DNA of 64,000 nt from IMG/VR virus record IMGVR_UViG_3300031993_006620. One strand, 5' to 3'. Of this stretch, positions 46,529-56,243 are shown piece after piece (within the stretch, counting starts at the first letter, position 1; each line of letters starts with the position of its first letter). The DNA comes from a virus. Lineage: Duplodnaviria > Heunggongvirae > Uroviricota > Caudoviricetes. A program made the position numbers and the translations under genes. Under the pieces are notes generated by a model, which was not told the origin of the DNA, did not search any database, and saw only the letters and a program-made list of their open reading frames with translations.

Positions 46529-46957
46529 TCAGGGGAGCCCCGGACCGGATATGGCAGTGACCGACGTGCCGAGACGGCGCCTCGCGTCGGCGTTCACCTG
46601 CTCGGCGACGCTGAACGCGGTGGCGACCTCGTTGACGTAGGCGACGGCTGCCCGGATTTCCGTCGGCGATGCCACGGGCAGCTTGAACGTGACCTCCTTG
46701 CCGTTGTCCCCCTTCATGGGGCAGGGCTGCAGGGCGGTCTGGTCGATCGACCAGCGCTTGCACGTGGCCACCGGCGCCCCGCCATTTCCGGAGACGGTGA
46801 GTACGGCGACCTTGCGGGACACGCCGTCGGGCGTCCGGTACACGACGTAGAGCGTAGACTCCCCGCGTTCGACCCTGGGCCTGGTGCGGGCGTTGAGCTT
46901 GAAGTAGATACGCTGGGCGGCTTCCTGCCGCGACATGGACTGGCTGTCTTGTTTCAT
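46529..46957 (-). CDS. hypothetical protein (142 aa)
   Basis: Start MKQDSQS; the C-terminus reads through a motif copy. Confidence 0.5.
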   Translation of the reverse strand: MKQDSQSMSRQEAAQRIYFKLNARTRPRVERGESTLYVVYRTPDGVSRKVAVLTVSGNGGAPVATCKRWSIDQTALQPCPMKGDNGKEVTFKLPVASPTEIRAAVAYVNEVATAFSVAEQVNADARRRLGTSVTAISGPGLP

Positions 46958-46968
46958 GGTGCCCCCGT

Positions 46969-47148
46969 TCACCAGGAGAACGTGGCCCCGTCGAACGAGA
47001 ACGTGCCGTCGGAGTTGTCGGCGACGAGCCGTGCTGCGTCCGCGTGGGATTCCGGCACGGCGAAGGATGACCCCTCGTCCCTGCGGACGGTCAGGGCCAC
47101 CTTCGTCAGGATGTCCACCCGCCTGGTGTCGATGTTGGATTCTTTCAT
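46969..47148 (-). CDS. small hypothetical protein (59 aa)
   Basis: Start MKESNID lies downstream of an AT-rich extended -10-like TGcTTATATT; possibly leaderless. This is the C-terminal part of the ORF-track entry 46969-47508. Confidence 0.3.
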   Translation of the reverse strand: MKESNIDTRRVDILTKVALTVRRDEGSSFAVPESHADAARLVADNSDGTFSFDGATFSW

Positions 47149-47207
47149 TTCCCGTATAATATAAGCAAAAAATATGTTTTCGGCTCGTAAATAATTGTTA
47201 ACCGGGC

Positions 47208-47432
47208 CTACGACGTCCAGGTAGGTCGTCGAGGGAAGCTCTCCAGCGGCTCCGCCGACCGGTCCCATTCGCCGGTGAGCACTTGGCACATGGTCTTGGT
47301 CTCGAGCACGCACTTGGTCACCTCCTTGCTGTCGACGGGACGACCTTCCGCGTACTTGTCCGCGAGCTCGCGGAGCTTGTCGCTTATTTCGTAGAGTTTT
47401 TTCTTGATTTCGAACTTTGTGTAGTTTGCCAT
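47208..47432 (-). CDS. hypothetical protein (74 aa)
   Basis: AAAGGAG RBS. Confidence 0.5.
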   Translation of the reverse strand: MANYTKFEIKKKLYEISDKLRELADKYAEGRPVDSKEVTKCVLETKTMCQVLTGEWDRSAEPLESFPRRPTWTS

Positions 47433-47441
47433 TTGGCTCCT

Positions 47442-48041
47442 TTAGGCGATGAATTCCTTTTCGCTGAGGAAGACGACCGACGGGATGATCTGGTACGTAT
47501 CGACGCAACCGGCATTGACGATCCGGACACGTTCTTTGATCTCCGACGGGTTCACTTTCTTGTTCGCGAGGCCGGTCAGGCCGAGCTTGTTCACGAAGTC
47601 GGCGATCGCCTTGGCCGCTTTCTTGCGCGTCGGTGCGCCGAGTACGATCGGCACGGCGTAGGTCGGCGTGAGGCGGAATGCATTGTAGGAGATCGCGGCG
47701 TCGCCGGTGAACAGGCTATCCAGCTTCTTGTAATACTTCTCGACGAGGTCGTAGGCCTTCTTGTAACCCTCCTTCTCGACGTTTTCGCGGAGATGGCCGA
47801 GCGCCTTGTAGGCGCAAATCTGCGCCGTCGCGCCGAACTGGATCCTGAAGGCCGTCTTCACGACCTTGTGGTTGATCGCCACGTATGCCTTGGCCACATA
47901 CTTGCCCTTGGCCTTGATGTCTGCGCCGCTGACCTCGTGGGCTTTGCTGCGATGCCTGACGACAATGCCGACCTTTCCCTTGAACTCGTCGTTCACCTTG
48001 ATGATAGCCATCATGATCTTGTCGAATGTTCTTGAATCCAT
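47442..48041 (-). CDS. hypothetical basic protein (199 aa)
   Basis: Motif copy upstream. Confidence 0.55.
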   Translation of the reverse strand: MDSRTFDKIMMAIIKVNDEFKGKVGIVVRHRSKAHEVSGADIKAKGKYVAKAYVAINHKVVKTAFRIQFGATAQICAYKALGHLRENVEKEGYKKAYDLVEKYYKKLDSLFTGDAAISYNAFRLTPTYAVPIVLGAPTRKKAAKAIADFVNKLGLTGLANKKVNPSEIKERVRIVNAGCVDTYQIIPSVVFLSEKEFIA

Positions 48042-48093
48042 GTTTGACTCCTTTGCTTTGTACAGGCCGGATGGGCTCCCGGAGGAGCCCCGG

Positions 48094-48441
48094 TCAGGCT
48101 TCCGTGAACTTGCTCCTGTCCACCGTGTACACGGGGTAGGTGCAGAAGCCGGACTTGACGGACCGGCCCGGTACCGGCGCGATCAGGCCTTCGGCGACCA
48201 TCTTCTCCACGAGGGGTTTCTGCATGTTGTTCTCGTCGAGGAGGAACTCGGTGTCCTTCTTGTCCTCGTCGATCGATCCCTGAATATTCACGGCGACGCT
48301 GCAGAAGGGTTCGCCGGACGGGGTGACCCCTTCGATGGCGACGCCGCCGCCTTGTACGTACTTTGTAAGAAGGAAGAAGACGGTCTCCCTCTCGCCCCAT
48401 GTGGCGTCGAATGTGATGCGCTTGCTTTGCGGACAGTTCAT
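48094..48441 (-). CDS. hypothetical protein (115 aa)
   Basis: Start MNCPQSK after a GGAGATAACT RBS. Confidence 0.5.
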   Translation of the reverse strand: MNCPQSKRITFDATWGERETVFFLLTKYVQGGGVAIEGVTPSGEPFCSVAVNIQGSIDEDKKDTEFLLDENNMQKPLVEKMVAEGLIAPVPGRSVKSGFCTYPVYTVDRSKFTEA

Positions 48442-48443
48442 AG

Positions 48444-48782
48444 TTATCTCCATGTGTGTATGGTGTACGTGTTACCGTTGATGAAGCTTACGAAAGGTTC
48501 CCCCGAGTCGGACTTTTCGTCGGACAGCTCGCCGGCCGCCCAGCGGCTCACCAGCTCCCGTGCGGACTTGGCCGCCTCGTAGGGGGTGTCGCAGGAAACG
48601 TCGACGACAACGACCCGATTCGCCTGCGTTTCGACGATCAGTGGCAAATCGTACCGCTTCCCGTCGGTTTCGACACATGCGAAGTCCTGGGTGCCTTCAC
48701 CGGAGGTGAGCAGTTCGTCGAGCTCGCAGGGGTCGTCGATCTCGGACGCCAGTATTACGGTCTGGTTGTTGGGCGTTATCAT
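48444..48782 (-). CDS. hypothetical acidic protein (112 aa)
   Basis: Motif copy upstream. Confidence 0.5.
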   Translation of the reverse strand: MITPNNQTVILASEIDDPCELDELLTSGEGTQDFACVETDGKRYDLPLIVETQANRVVVVDVSCDTPYEAAKSARELVSRWAAGELSDEKSDSGEPFVSFINGNTYTIHTWR

Positions 48783-48863
48783 GTAGTCTCCTTGTTCGAT
48801 GCAGGGCAGATGGGGCCCCGGAGGAGCCCCGGACAGGTTCAGATGCCTGCCTAGCCCATTCTG

Positions 48864-49493
48864 CTAGTTTCCGTACTTTTCCCTCAGGACCTCGTTCAGG
48901 ATATCTTTCGAGATACGTTTGAAGAACTGGATGAGATTGCCGCGGGCCGGACTATCTTTTTCGATGACCTGGTCATAGAGGTCGACCAGGTCGTCCGCTA
49001 TTTTCGTCACGTTGGTTTCGAGCGACTCGCTATTCGCAATTGTTTCCTCTTTTTCCGCGACCGCGAGCTTCTTTTCCAGCATTGGCTTCATGCAGGCGAT
49101 GAACTGCTTGAACATGTCCTCGCCGTCCTTCGGCTGATATCCTTCGGGGAACCGCACGTCGTAGGCTAAGCCGCAGTAGGGGAAGAAGGCGTTGTCACTG
49201 AAGCCCAGCTTCTTGAGTAATTCGGCCCCGAGACAGGGAATCTTCAGGGTGAACTGGTTGTACGTGGTGCTTGTCTGTACTACCACGCCAGACTTGCCCG
49301 TGAGCTCGGGGAACCCCTTGACTGCCAGCCCGGACATGATGGTGGGCGTCTTCTTGCCCGGCGCGGGCTCCCAGGCGAGGATGCCGAGGATAGCGAGCGC
49401 GAGTTTCAGCTGCTTGACGGCGTAGCCGGTGGTAGAGCGGATGTCGTCGAGCAAAGACTTCTTGGCGTTTGCCTTAATGGTTGCTTTATCCAT
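48864..49493 (-). CDS. hypothetical protein (209 aa)
   Basis: Motif copy upstream. Confidence 0.55.
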   Translation of the reverse strand: MDKATIKANAKKSLLDDIRSTTGYAVKQLKLALAILGILAWEPAPGKKTPTIMSGLAVKGFPELTGKSGVVVQTSTTYNQFTLKIPCLGAELLKKLGFSDNAFFPYCGLAYDVRFPEGYQPKDGEDMFKQFIACMKPMLEKKLAVAEKEETIANSESLETNVTKIADDLVDLYDQVIEKDSPARGNLIQFFKRISKDILNEVLREKYGN

Positions 49494-49527
49494 TTTCGAT
49501 CTCCTTTGTTAGTTGGTACAGGAATGA

Positions 49528-50571
49528 TTACTGGTCAGAGGAGCCCCGGTTCGGTACCAGAACCTGCGTCCAGCAGTAGTCGCCGTCCTTACTCGTGAAA
49601 TCCTTACACTCCTTGAACAGCCTGTTGGCCCTGATGTCGGTGAGCAGGTCGGAAAATAATCCACCGAGAATGTTCTTCAGCGGGCCCGTCACGGCCATCT
49701 CGGCGTAAATCTTGCGCTCGCCGGACACATAGTATTCGGCCACCATCCCGTCGCGGGCGGGGTTGAGCGTAATCTCAATCCTTGCGTTGTGGTGGATATT
49801 CGCCAAGGATACGTGGAGAGGCCTCGCTTTCCCTTCGTAAAGGTCGACGTAATGCTTCACGGCCTTGCTGGTGAGCACCCTGATGGGCTTCAGGTTCTCG
49901 ACGAGAATCCAGTCGCCACCCTGATGGGCGCCCCTGTGGTAGGTCGTCATCATGCCGGACGCCTCGCACTCTATCCACACGCGCTCCTCGCCGGTCTTGA
50001 GCTTTTCCGACAGGTGGGGGGCGACGGGCCAGAAGCAGCAATGCCACCCGCCGATGTTGCCTTCCCCGACGGAGCGGGGGGCGAACCCTTTCGTAGGCTT
50101 GTACTCGCACGGCATCACCTTCCCGAACTCGAACGGCTTTTTTGCGTCGATGAACAGGGGGAAGCACTGGTTCCCCTTCACGCGCACGAGCTTGAATACC
50201 CTTGCCGTGACGGGGTGCTCCGTGTCGAAGTGGCGCATGAAGCCTTCGGTGGAAATCATCCACCCGCCGACCGTGAGCTCTCCGGCGACGTCGCGGCAGG
50301 GGTTCTCGAGCCTGTACACCTTCCCCTTGGTGAACATGGTGCCCAGGTTGGGGTGGGACAGGCCCTTGGTGCAGCGGTAGGTGCCCAGCGGGAAGAACGT
50401 CGCCGGTTCGGCGAGCTCTTCGGACTGGATGCTCTTGAGCGTGTCGCCGTTCTCGGCGACGAGCCGTTCGGCCTTGTACTTGGCCTCGGCCTCGTTGGTC
50501 GCCTCGACGACGACGGAAAACACCTTGGTCTGGGTCACGTCCATTCGGAACGGGTAAGATTTCTTCGTCAT
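49528..50571 (-). CDS. hypothetical protein (347 aa)
   Basis: Start MTKKSYPF after a motif copy. The ORF-track N-terminal 119 aa is a translation of the motif and the upstream gene's tail. Confidence 0.55.
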   Translation of the reverse strand: MTKKSYPFRMDVTQTKVFSVVVEATNEAEAKYKAERLVAENGDTLKSIQSEELAEPATFFPLGTYRCTKGLSHPNLGTMFTKGKVYRLENPCRDVAGELTVGGWMISTEGFMRHFDTEHPVTARVFKLVRVKGNQCFPLFIDAKKPFEFGKVMPCEYKPTKGFAPRSVGEGNIGGWHCCFWPVAPHLSEKLKTGEERVWIECEASGMMTTYHRGAHQGGDWILVENLKPIRVLTSKAVKHYVDLYEGKARPLHVSLANIHHNARIEITLNPARDGMVAEYYVSGERKIYAEMAVTGPLKNILGGLFSDLLTDIRANRLFKECKDFTSKDGDYCWTQVLVPNRGSSDQ

Positions 50572-50990
50572 GTTGTCTCCTTGGTTGGTACAGGGGTGAT
50601 CCCGGTGCTGGGGAGCCCCGGCTGGGAGTCGGGAGTCTTGTCGTCGAACAGGGTCCAGGTCACGGTCATCATGAAGCAGAACTCCAGCTTGCCCTCCGGG
50701 TTGCGACGGTGGCCCAGCGGGAACCGCTTGAACTTGTTGGCCTCGGCCGTATCGAGCACGGCCATGGCTGCCATGGCCGCCTTGGCGAACGACGGTTCGG
50801 CGTCGTCCGGGATCTGCCCGCCGTTCACCGCCTCGCACACGCGGGTTGCGACCTCGTCGCTCATGTCGTCGGTGTCCGCCAGGTCGAAGATCGCCCCCAG
50901 CAGCTTCGGGTCGTCGCCCCAGCGCCATCCGGCGATAAGAGGCATAACTTCGACGACAGGGACGGGGTCGGTCTTGGAAAAGGTTTTCAT
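50568..50990 (-). CDS. hypothetical protein (140 aa)
   Basis: The C-terminal 25 aa are encoded across the motif (..PGLPSTGITPVPTKETT); ATGA coupling to the next gene. Confidence 0.5.
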   Translation of the reverse strand: MKTFSKTDPVPVVEVMPLIAGWRWGDDPKLLGAIFDLADTDDMSDEVATRVCEAVNGGQIPDDAEPSFAKAAMAAMAVLDTAEANKFKRFPLGHRRNPEGKLEFCFMMTVTWTLFDDKTPDSQPGLPSTGITPVPTKETT

Positions 50991-51040
50991 GCGGTCTCCT
51001 TGTTGGTACAGGGATTATTACCGGTCGGGGGAGACCCGGC

Positions 51041-51100
51041 CGTTCAAAAAATCTTACGGGCGTTCAAAAAATCTTACAGACGTTCAAAAAATCAAAAAAA
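51041..51100 (-). repeat. three tandem 20-bp direct repeats CGTTCAAAAAATCTTACRGR
   Basis: Positions 51041-51060, 51061-51080 and 51081-51100 (the last is partial), between a terminator and motif copy 51021. Spacing is about two helical turns. Confidence 0.5.
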
Positions 51101-51154
51101 TGTGCGGCCCGCCCGGAGAGTCGATGGCTACTTCGACATTTAGGCAGGCCGCAC
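51087..51154 (-). terminator. rho-independent terminator ending the upstream operon
   Basis: Minus-strand read GTGCGGCC...GGCCGCAC stem with an inner TCGA hairpin, followed by ATTTTTTTGATTTTTTG. Confidence 0.5.
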
Positions 51155-51247
51155 GGAGAGCAAAACTTTTCCCGACCGCGCCTAGGAATTATCGCCGGAC
51201 GGCCGACGCGGCCGGAAAAATGTACCAACCGCCGTCCGGGAAATTTT

Positions 51248-52069
51248 TTAGTGGTCGTGGCAGGCGATGACCTTGACCTTCCCCGTGATGCAGAGGCGGC
51301 AGGTTTCGCATGTGAAGTCGTGGTTCAGGACCGCTCGGGTCTTCCCTGCGGGGATCTTGTACGCGGGGCAGTAGTACTTGGTCTTCAGGATGAAATCTTT
51401 CCCGTCGTCGTAGACGAACGCCTTGACGTTGGGCAGGTGCTTGACCTTCTCGTATTCCTTGACGCCCACTTCGTGCCACACCGAGTAGTTGACCGTAAAG
51501 TTTTCCGGGACGAGGCCGCCGAGCAAAAACTTTTCAGCGATCGAGAACATCTTCGTGTAGATGTAGAACTTCACGTCGGGGAACGCCTTCGCGAGCCTGC
51601 ACCACATGGCCATCTGTTCATCGTCCTCGAGCTCGCCAGACTGGTTGAGGCGAACTATTTCGGGCTTGTATTGGGCGAGTTCGGCGGCCAGGTCGTTCTC
51701 GACCTTGTCGATCTCGTTGCGCATGCCCCACGTGTTCACCGCCTGGGCGAAGATGACGTTGGGATAGCGGTAGCTCGACCTGACGTAGCAGCTGGTCGCG
51801 CAGGCTGCGCAGTTCTTGCACGTGCCCACGATGTTCTTCAGGACGCCGCGCATGCCCTTGTAGGTGTAGTCGGCCATGAGCGTGCTGAACGAGAAGATGC
51901 GACCGCCGAGCTTCGTGTTCCCCTTCTTGTTGAAGTGGTACGTGTGGGGCTTCTTGGGGTCGAAGCGGAACCGGTCGATGCCGCCGGTCGGGAAGACGAG
52001 CTTCTTGGCGTCGTCGAACAGCTTACGGCAGGTGTTCAGCGCCTTGGTGATGGTTTTCTTGAGTTTCAT
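51248..52069 (-). CDS. hypothetical Cys-rich protein (273 aa)
   Basis: Motif copy upstream; cysteine clusters CKNCAACATSC and CETCRLC. Confidence 0.55.
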   Translation of the reverse strand: MKLKKTITKALNTCRKLFDDAKKLVFPTGGIDRFRFDPKKPHTYHFNKKGNTKLGGRIFSFSTLMADYTYKGMRGVLKNIVGTCKNCAACATSCYVRSSYRYPNVIFAQAVNTWGMRNEIDKVENDLAAELAQYKPEIVRLNQSGELEDDEQMAMWCRLAKAFPDVKFYIYTKMFSIAEKFLLGGLVPENFTVNYSVWHEVGVKEYEKVKHLPNVKAFVYDDGKDFILKTKYYCPAYKIPAGKTRAVLNHDFTCETCRLCITGKVKVIACHDH

Positions 52070-52217
52070 TCTTGACTCCTTGTTGGTTGGTGCAGTTTCG
52101 ATTGGTGCCCGTGGGAGCCCCGGCTGTCGGCTGGCAGTGGCCGGACCGGACCGGCCGGAAAAGCGGGCGGCTCGGGGGAAGGATCCCGCCGGCCGCCCTT
52201 AGCTACCAACCACGGAG

Positions 52218-53120
52218 CTATAAGTCCTTGAGCCCGCCCATGAGCTCGGCGATGACGTCGACCGTCCAGCCGTTGCCTATCGCACCGATTCTCGCGCCCC
52301 TGCCGAGCCCCGCCTTGCCCGTGTACCCGTCGGGGAGGGTCTGGAGGCGCTCGCACTCCGTCACCGAGAGGAGCCTCGGGACGCACTTGATGCCGTCCAA
52401 GTCGCTCGGGACGAACCTGCGCCCCTGCTTCTTGACCTCGTCCCATCGGGCCTTCAGCTCGGACGGGTCGCTGTCGAACACGACCTGCCCGATGGAGCGC
52501 CCGAAGTAACGGCGGCACATCGAGGCGGGGACGAGCGAGCTCGCGAGGTAGCGGCGGGTGATGCAGACGGATTTCGGCCGGTCGGCCACGCCCGTCTCCA
52601 GTATGCTCTGCAGGGAGATGCCCCTGTCCTCGGGCGCCTTGGCGCCGGGGATGTTCGTCCAGTAGAGGCGCCTGCGGGACTGGGCCGACACGAGCGAGGA
52701 ATTAATTTCCAGCGGCTCGACGCCGAAAGCCTCGGTGATGGCGGCACGCACGTCCTTGTGCATCGACGCGTTGTTCTCGTACAGGAAGTAGGGGACGCCC
52801 GACTCCTTCCAAGCCCTGACGTACTGGCTGAAGAGTTCCCAGCCGACGCCGGAGTTCGTGGTCTCGCGGCCGTGGCCCGCTCGGGCTATGGTCCAGTAGG
52901 TGCAGGGGCTCCCGCCGATGAGGAGGTCGAACCCCTTGTACTGGGTGAAGTCCGCCTTGAACACGTCGCCGTTCTCCTCGATGTCGGGGTAGTTCGACTG
53001 CGCGATCTTGATGGCTCCCCTGTCGATCTCGTACGCGACGTACTTGTCGACCTTGATGCCTGCCCTGTCGAGCGCGACGCGCCCGCAGGAAATCCCGTCG
53101 AATAGGGACAAAACCTTCAT
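52218..53120 (-). CDS. C5-cytosine DNA methyltransferase (300 aa)
   Basis: Motif I LSLFDGISCG, PC motif GGSPCTYWT, ENN, and C-terminal GNGWTVDVI. Confidence 0.8.
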   Translation of the reverse strand: MKVLSLFDGISCGRVALDRAGIKVDKYVAYEIDRGAIKIAQSNYPDIEENGDVFKADFTQYKGFDLLIGGSPCTYWTIARAGHGRETTNSGVGWELFSQYVRAWKESGVPYFLYENNASMHKDVRAAITEAFGVEPLEINSSLVSAQSRRRLYWTNIPGAKAPEDRGISLQSILETGVADRPKSVCITRRYLASSLVPASMCRRYFGRSIGQVVFDSDPSELKARWDEVKKQGRRFVPSDLDGIKCVPRLLSVTECERLQTLPDGYTGKAGLGRGARIGAIGNGWTVDVIAELMGGLKDL

Positions 53121-53212
53121 ATTTTAACTCCGTTGTGGTTGGCTGATGGGAAATTAGCTCTTTTCGTACAGGGATGATGGGGCCCCGGAGGAGCCCCGGT
53201 CCGGTTCAGACA

Positions 53213-53581
53213 TTACTGCTTGGTGGGAATCGTGATGAAGGTGCAGAACGGCTTCCGAATGACACCCACGCCGCTCACCACATTTTCCGTGAAGGTCTCG
53301 TGGATTTCACCCATAACTTGGTCACCGTCCATATAGCGAGCGACGAGCTTGAAACGCACACCATCGATGAAAAAATCCACTTCGGCCGGCTTCTTCAGAA
53401 CTTCCTTCAGAGGGGTTCCGACCTTGTAGTCGTCCAGTTCGAGGTCGATGGTGGTCGGGAATTCGCGACCCTTGGGGGTAATCTGAACGGCGAGGTTTTC
53501 GGAGCCGTCCATACCGCCTTCGACACGGCGGACAGCACAAGAGCCTCGAATGATTGCGTCGGTGAGTTTGTTGGTCTTCAT
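53213..53581 (-). CDS. hypothetical protein (122 aa)
   Basis: ATG MKTNKL after AAAGGAG; the ORF-track GTG start was trimmed. Confidence 0.5.
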   Translation of the reverse strand: MKTNKLTDAIIRGSCAVRRVEGGMDGSENLAVQITPKGREFPTTIDLELDDYKVGTPLKEVLKKPAEVDFFIDGVRFKLVARYMDGDQVMGEIHETFTENVVSGVGVIRKPFCTFITIPTKQ

Positions 53582-53593
53582 TTCCACACTCCT

Positions 53594-53914
53594 TTAGTCC
53601 ACGAGGAACCATTTGACCGAGGTGTTGCTTTCGGAGATGTTCAGTACGGCGACGGGTTCCGTGGCGCTGGTGTTGTTCAGAGGGTCAACACGAAGCATGT
53701 TTTCTTCATCGACTTCGTCTTCGCCGTCGATACTGTACTCCTTGCCGTCGGCGACGGGCGGAATGGTGATTTCGTGCTTATCGAGCTGGGCCTGAACCAT
53801 TTCGGTAAGGGTGGCAGACGCGCTGTCGATATTGTCAACGTCCTTTGCCTGAACATTGTAGTCGACATAGCCGTTGCAGCATTCGTCAACTGTCTTGATT
53901 TCTACGATTTTCAT
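53594..53914 (-). CDS. hypothetical acidic protein (106 aa)
   Basis: Start MKIVEIK after a motif copy. Confidence 0.5.
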   Translation of the reverse strand: MKIVEIKTVDECCNGYVDYNVQAKDVDNIDSASATLTEMVQAQLDKHEITIPPVADGKEYSIDGEDEVDEENMLRVDPLNNTSATEPVAVLNISESNTSVKWFLVD

Positions 53915-53994
53915 TTCTTGACTCCTTTTGGTTGGTTGTTGGTTGGTATAGCGATGATATCCGGGCCGTGGAGACCCGGTATCGTTGGACCAGT

Positions 53995-54465
53995 CTACTT
54001 GAGGGAGAGTAGCTTGGGATCCACGGAGAGGCACGCCTTGTGGTCGCCGTCGATATAGTCGATAGTCACCAAGACCTTCGAGCGAACCGTTTTCTGGTCA
54101 GCCTCGACGACCCCCTGCGAATCTACACGGCAGTTGTAGTCTTCAGTGGAAATGTAACCGCTGACCCATACTTCATCGCCTTTCTTGAAAAGGTTCTTTT
54201 TCGGCTTGTCCTTGCCGGCCGGGGGCAAGTTGACCGCGTGTACCGTGAAGTGGTGGTACAGTCCAGCCACCTCGACGTGGACTTTACCATCGTCTTTGTT
54301 GTGGGTTATCTCGGAAGCGCCCGGCATGTCGGCGCGGTACTTGAGCGCAAGGCTCATCGCTTTACCGAACGCCTTGTCGTACTCTTCAATCGACTGCTTG
54401 TGCACGGTGACTTCAGTCGCTTCGCGGTCGTCGTTCTCGACGATGACCCAAACTTGTTTCTGCAT
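53995..54465 (-). CDS. hypothetical protein (156 aa)
   Basis: Motif copy upstream. Confidence 0.5.
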   Translation of the reverse strand: MQKQVWVIVENDDREATEVTVHKQSIEEYDKAFGKAMSLALKYRADMPGASEITHNKDDGKVHVEVAGLYHHFTVHAVNLPPAGKDKPKKNLFKKGDEVWVSGYISTEDYNCRVDSQGVVEADQKTVRSKVLVTIDYIDGDHKACLSVDPKLLSLK

Positions 54466-54539
54466 ATCCGCTCCTTGATGTTGGTTGGTATAGAGATGAT
54501 ATCCGGGCCAGGGAGGCCCGGTCCGGTCCAGACAGCGGC

Positions 54540-54782
54540 CTAGTATTCGCCGTCTTGGTAGCCGTCGCTGTAGTGGATGACCAGCTGGGCGTCGTCTTTG
54601 GGAAGGTCGGTGCGTTGCTCGCGGCTGGCACGTGCGTCGTCGTTACCCTTTTCCCACCACTTGTTGTTGAAACCTTCGTTGTATTCGTTCTGAGCGCTTT
54701 CGTCAGGGAAACCTTCGGTCTTGCGGGGTGTTTCCTTTTCGGCGTCCTTTGCGCCGAGCTCGTTCCAATTGGTCGTAGCCAT
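54540..54782 (-). CDS. hypothetical acidic protein (80 aa)
   Basis: Motif copy upstream. Confidence 0.5.
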   Translation of the reverse strand: MATTNWNELGAKDAEKETPRKTEGFPDESAQNEYNEGFNNKWWEKGNDDARASREQRTDLPKDDAQLVIHYSDGYQDGEY

Positions 54783-54837
54783 TTTCGTATCTCCTTTTGG
54801 TTGGTATAGTGGTTATAGGCATCCGGGGGAAGCCCGG

Positions 54838-55539
54838 CTACTGCTGGACAGTAGCTTCGGGTTTCTTGGCGGGGTTGAGCCGTTCTCCGCGCTTGATGAG
54901 AGTTTCCAAGCTGCTCTTAGCGTCCTGGATGGCTCGCCAATTTTCATCGATCTCACGAAGGAAATCGTAGTCATCGGGACACTTGGCCTTTTTTCAATTC
55001 GTGAGAAGGTGCTTGGCCATATCGGTAAAGGATTTTGCGGCCAAGATAACTTCGTCCTTGCGCTTCTTGAAATCGTCCTTGCGCTTGGCCTTGTCCGCCT
55101 TGATCCAGTCGGCTACCTTCTTATAGAAGCCGAGGAATCGGTCATAGATCTCGTCAATCTGCTTGGGGGTCATAGTGTCGAACCACGTCTTATCGACACC
55201 GCGTGTGGTAAAGAGAGCGCGTGTGGGAGAATAGGTTTCGGGGCAGCCATTCTTGAGCGGTCCGTCAGTCCATATCATCTTGGCATCCCATTCGCAGTCG
55301 AAGAAGATGTATGAGCTTGTTTCGAGGTACGGACGGCCTTGATCGTGTACAGTGTCGCCTTGACGGATGTCGGACAAGTGGTGGAACTTCTTGTCATAGG
55401 GGTTATAGATTGACAAGCTCAACATATACGGCCAGTCGTGCGGGTCGGTGATCTTGAACTTCTTGGGGTGCTTGGCGATGTACTTGCTAAGCGGCATTTC
55501 CAAGATCTGTTCGTGGGTAATTTTAAGTTCGTCGGCCAT
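54838..55539 (-). CDS. hypothetical protein interrupted by an in-frame TGA (181 aa + TGA + 51 aa)
   Basis: Start MADELKIT after a motif copy. In-frame TGA at 54994-54996 is followed in the same frame by KKAKCPDDYDFLREIDENWRAIQD... down to a TAG at 54838. The TGA is embedded in AAT TGA AAA AAG. Confidence 0.45.
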
Positions 55540-55605
55540 ATTTAACTCCTTGTGGTTGGTACAGGGAGAATGGGGCTCCGGAGGAGCCCCGGACACCCAG
55601 AGACA

Positions 55606-56169
55606 TTACTTCGCCTTGATGATCTTCAGGAAAAGTTTTTCGACCCCTCCGTGCGGCGACAATTCGTAGCCGTCCTTACAATCTTCGGCAGTCACCTTTT
55701 CGTGGCTCGAATTGCTTTCCGTGATCGTTTCGTTCACGATATCGCGGACGGTCTTGGCAGCGTCGTCGAGACTGTCGAAGATAGTCGGCACCTGGATTAC
55801 CTCGTCGCCGTCTTCGAAGTGGTGGCAGCCGCTGATGAAGAACTGGCCTTCGGGTTCGTCGACGACATCGCCGCCCACAATTGCAGCCAGTTCATCGGCC
55901 GCGTCACGGTTCGGCAAGTGGATCTTGAGGTAGTTCTCCTCGTAGTAGTCGTCCATAGAGTTGTCGTTCACCCGGATCTTGAACACCGGGTCGTCCTTAC
56001 CCTTGTCCATATCGTAGGCGGAATCGTCGTCCGGTTCGGAGTCGTCGGGGTAGATACCGTGGAGGAACTTCTCGGCGGCCTCGGAATCAGAGAGGCGGCA
56101 ACCGCATTCAGAGAGGAAGCTATCGACTTCGGTACTGTCATATTCGTGGATGTGGGAATTAACGCTCAT
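55606..56169 (-). CDS. hypothetical acidic protein (187 aa)
   Basis: Motif copy upstream. Confidence 0.55.
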   Translation of the reverse strand: MSVNSHIHEYDSTEVDSFLSECGCRLSDSEAAEKFLHGIYPDDSEPDDDSAYDMDKGKDDPVFKIRVNDNSMDDYYEENYLKIHLPNRDAADELAAIVGGDVVDEPEGQFFISGCHHFEDGDEVIQVPTIFDSLDDAAKTVRDIVNETITESNSSHEKVTAEDCKDGYELSPHGGVEKLFLKIIKAK

Positions 56170-56243
56170 TTTTGAACTCCTTGTGGTTGGTATAGAGAAA
56201 ATAACCGGGCCGGGGAGACCCGGCCGGTTCGAAACCAGTATGG

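Noticed and set aside
54994-54996. Genome-wide UGA reassignment (code 4/25) as the explanation for the in-frame TGA
   Set aside because: Many well-supported genes in the window terminate at TGA, including ATGA-coupled pairs, and GC content is about 60%, so the standard code applies. The TGA is a local event.
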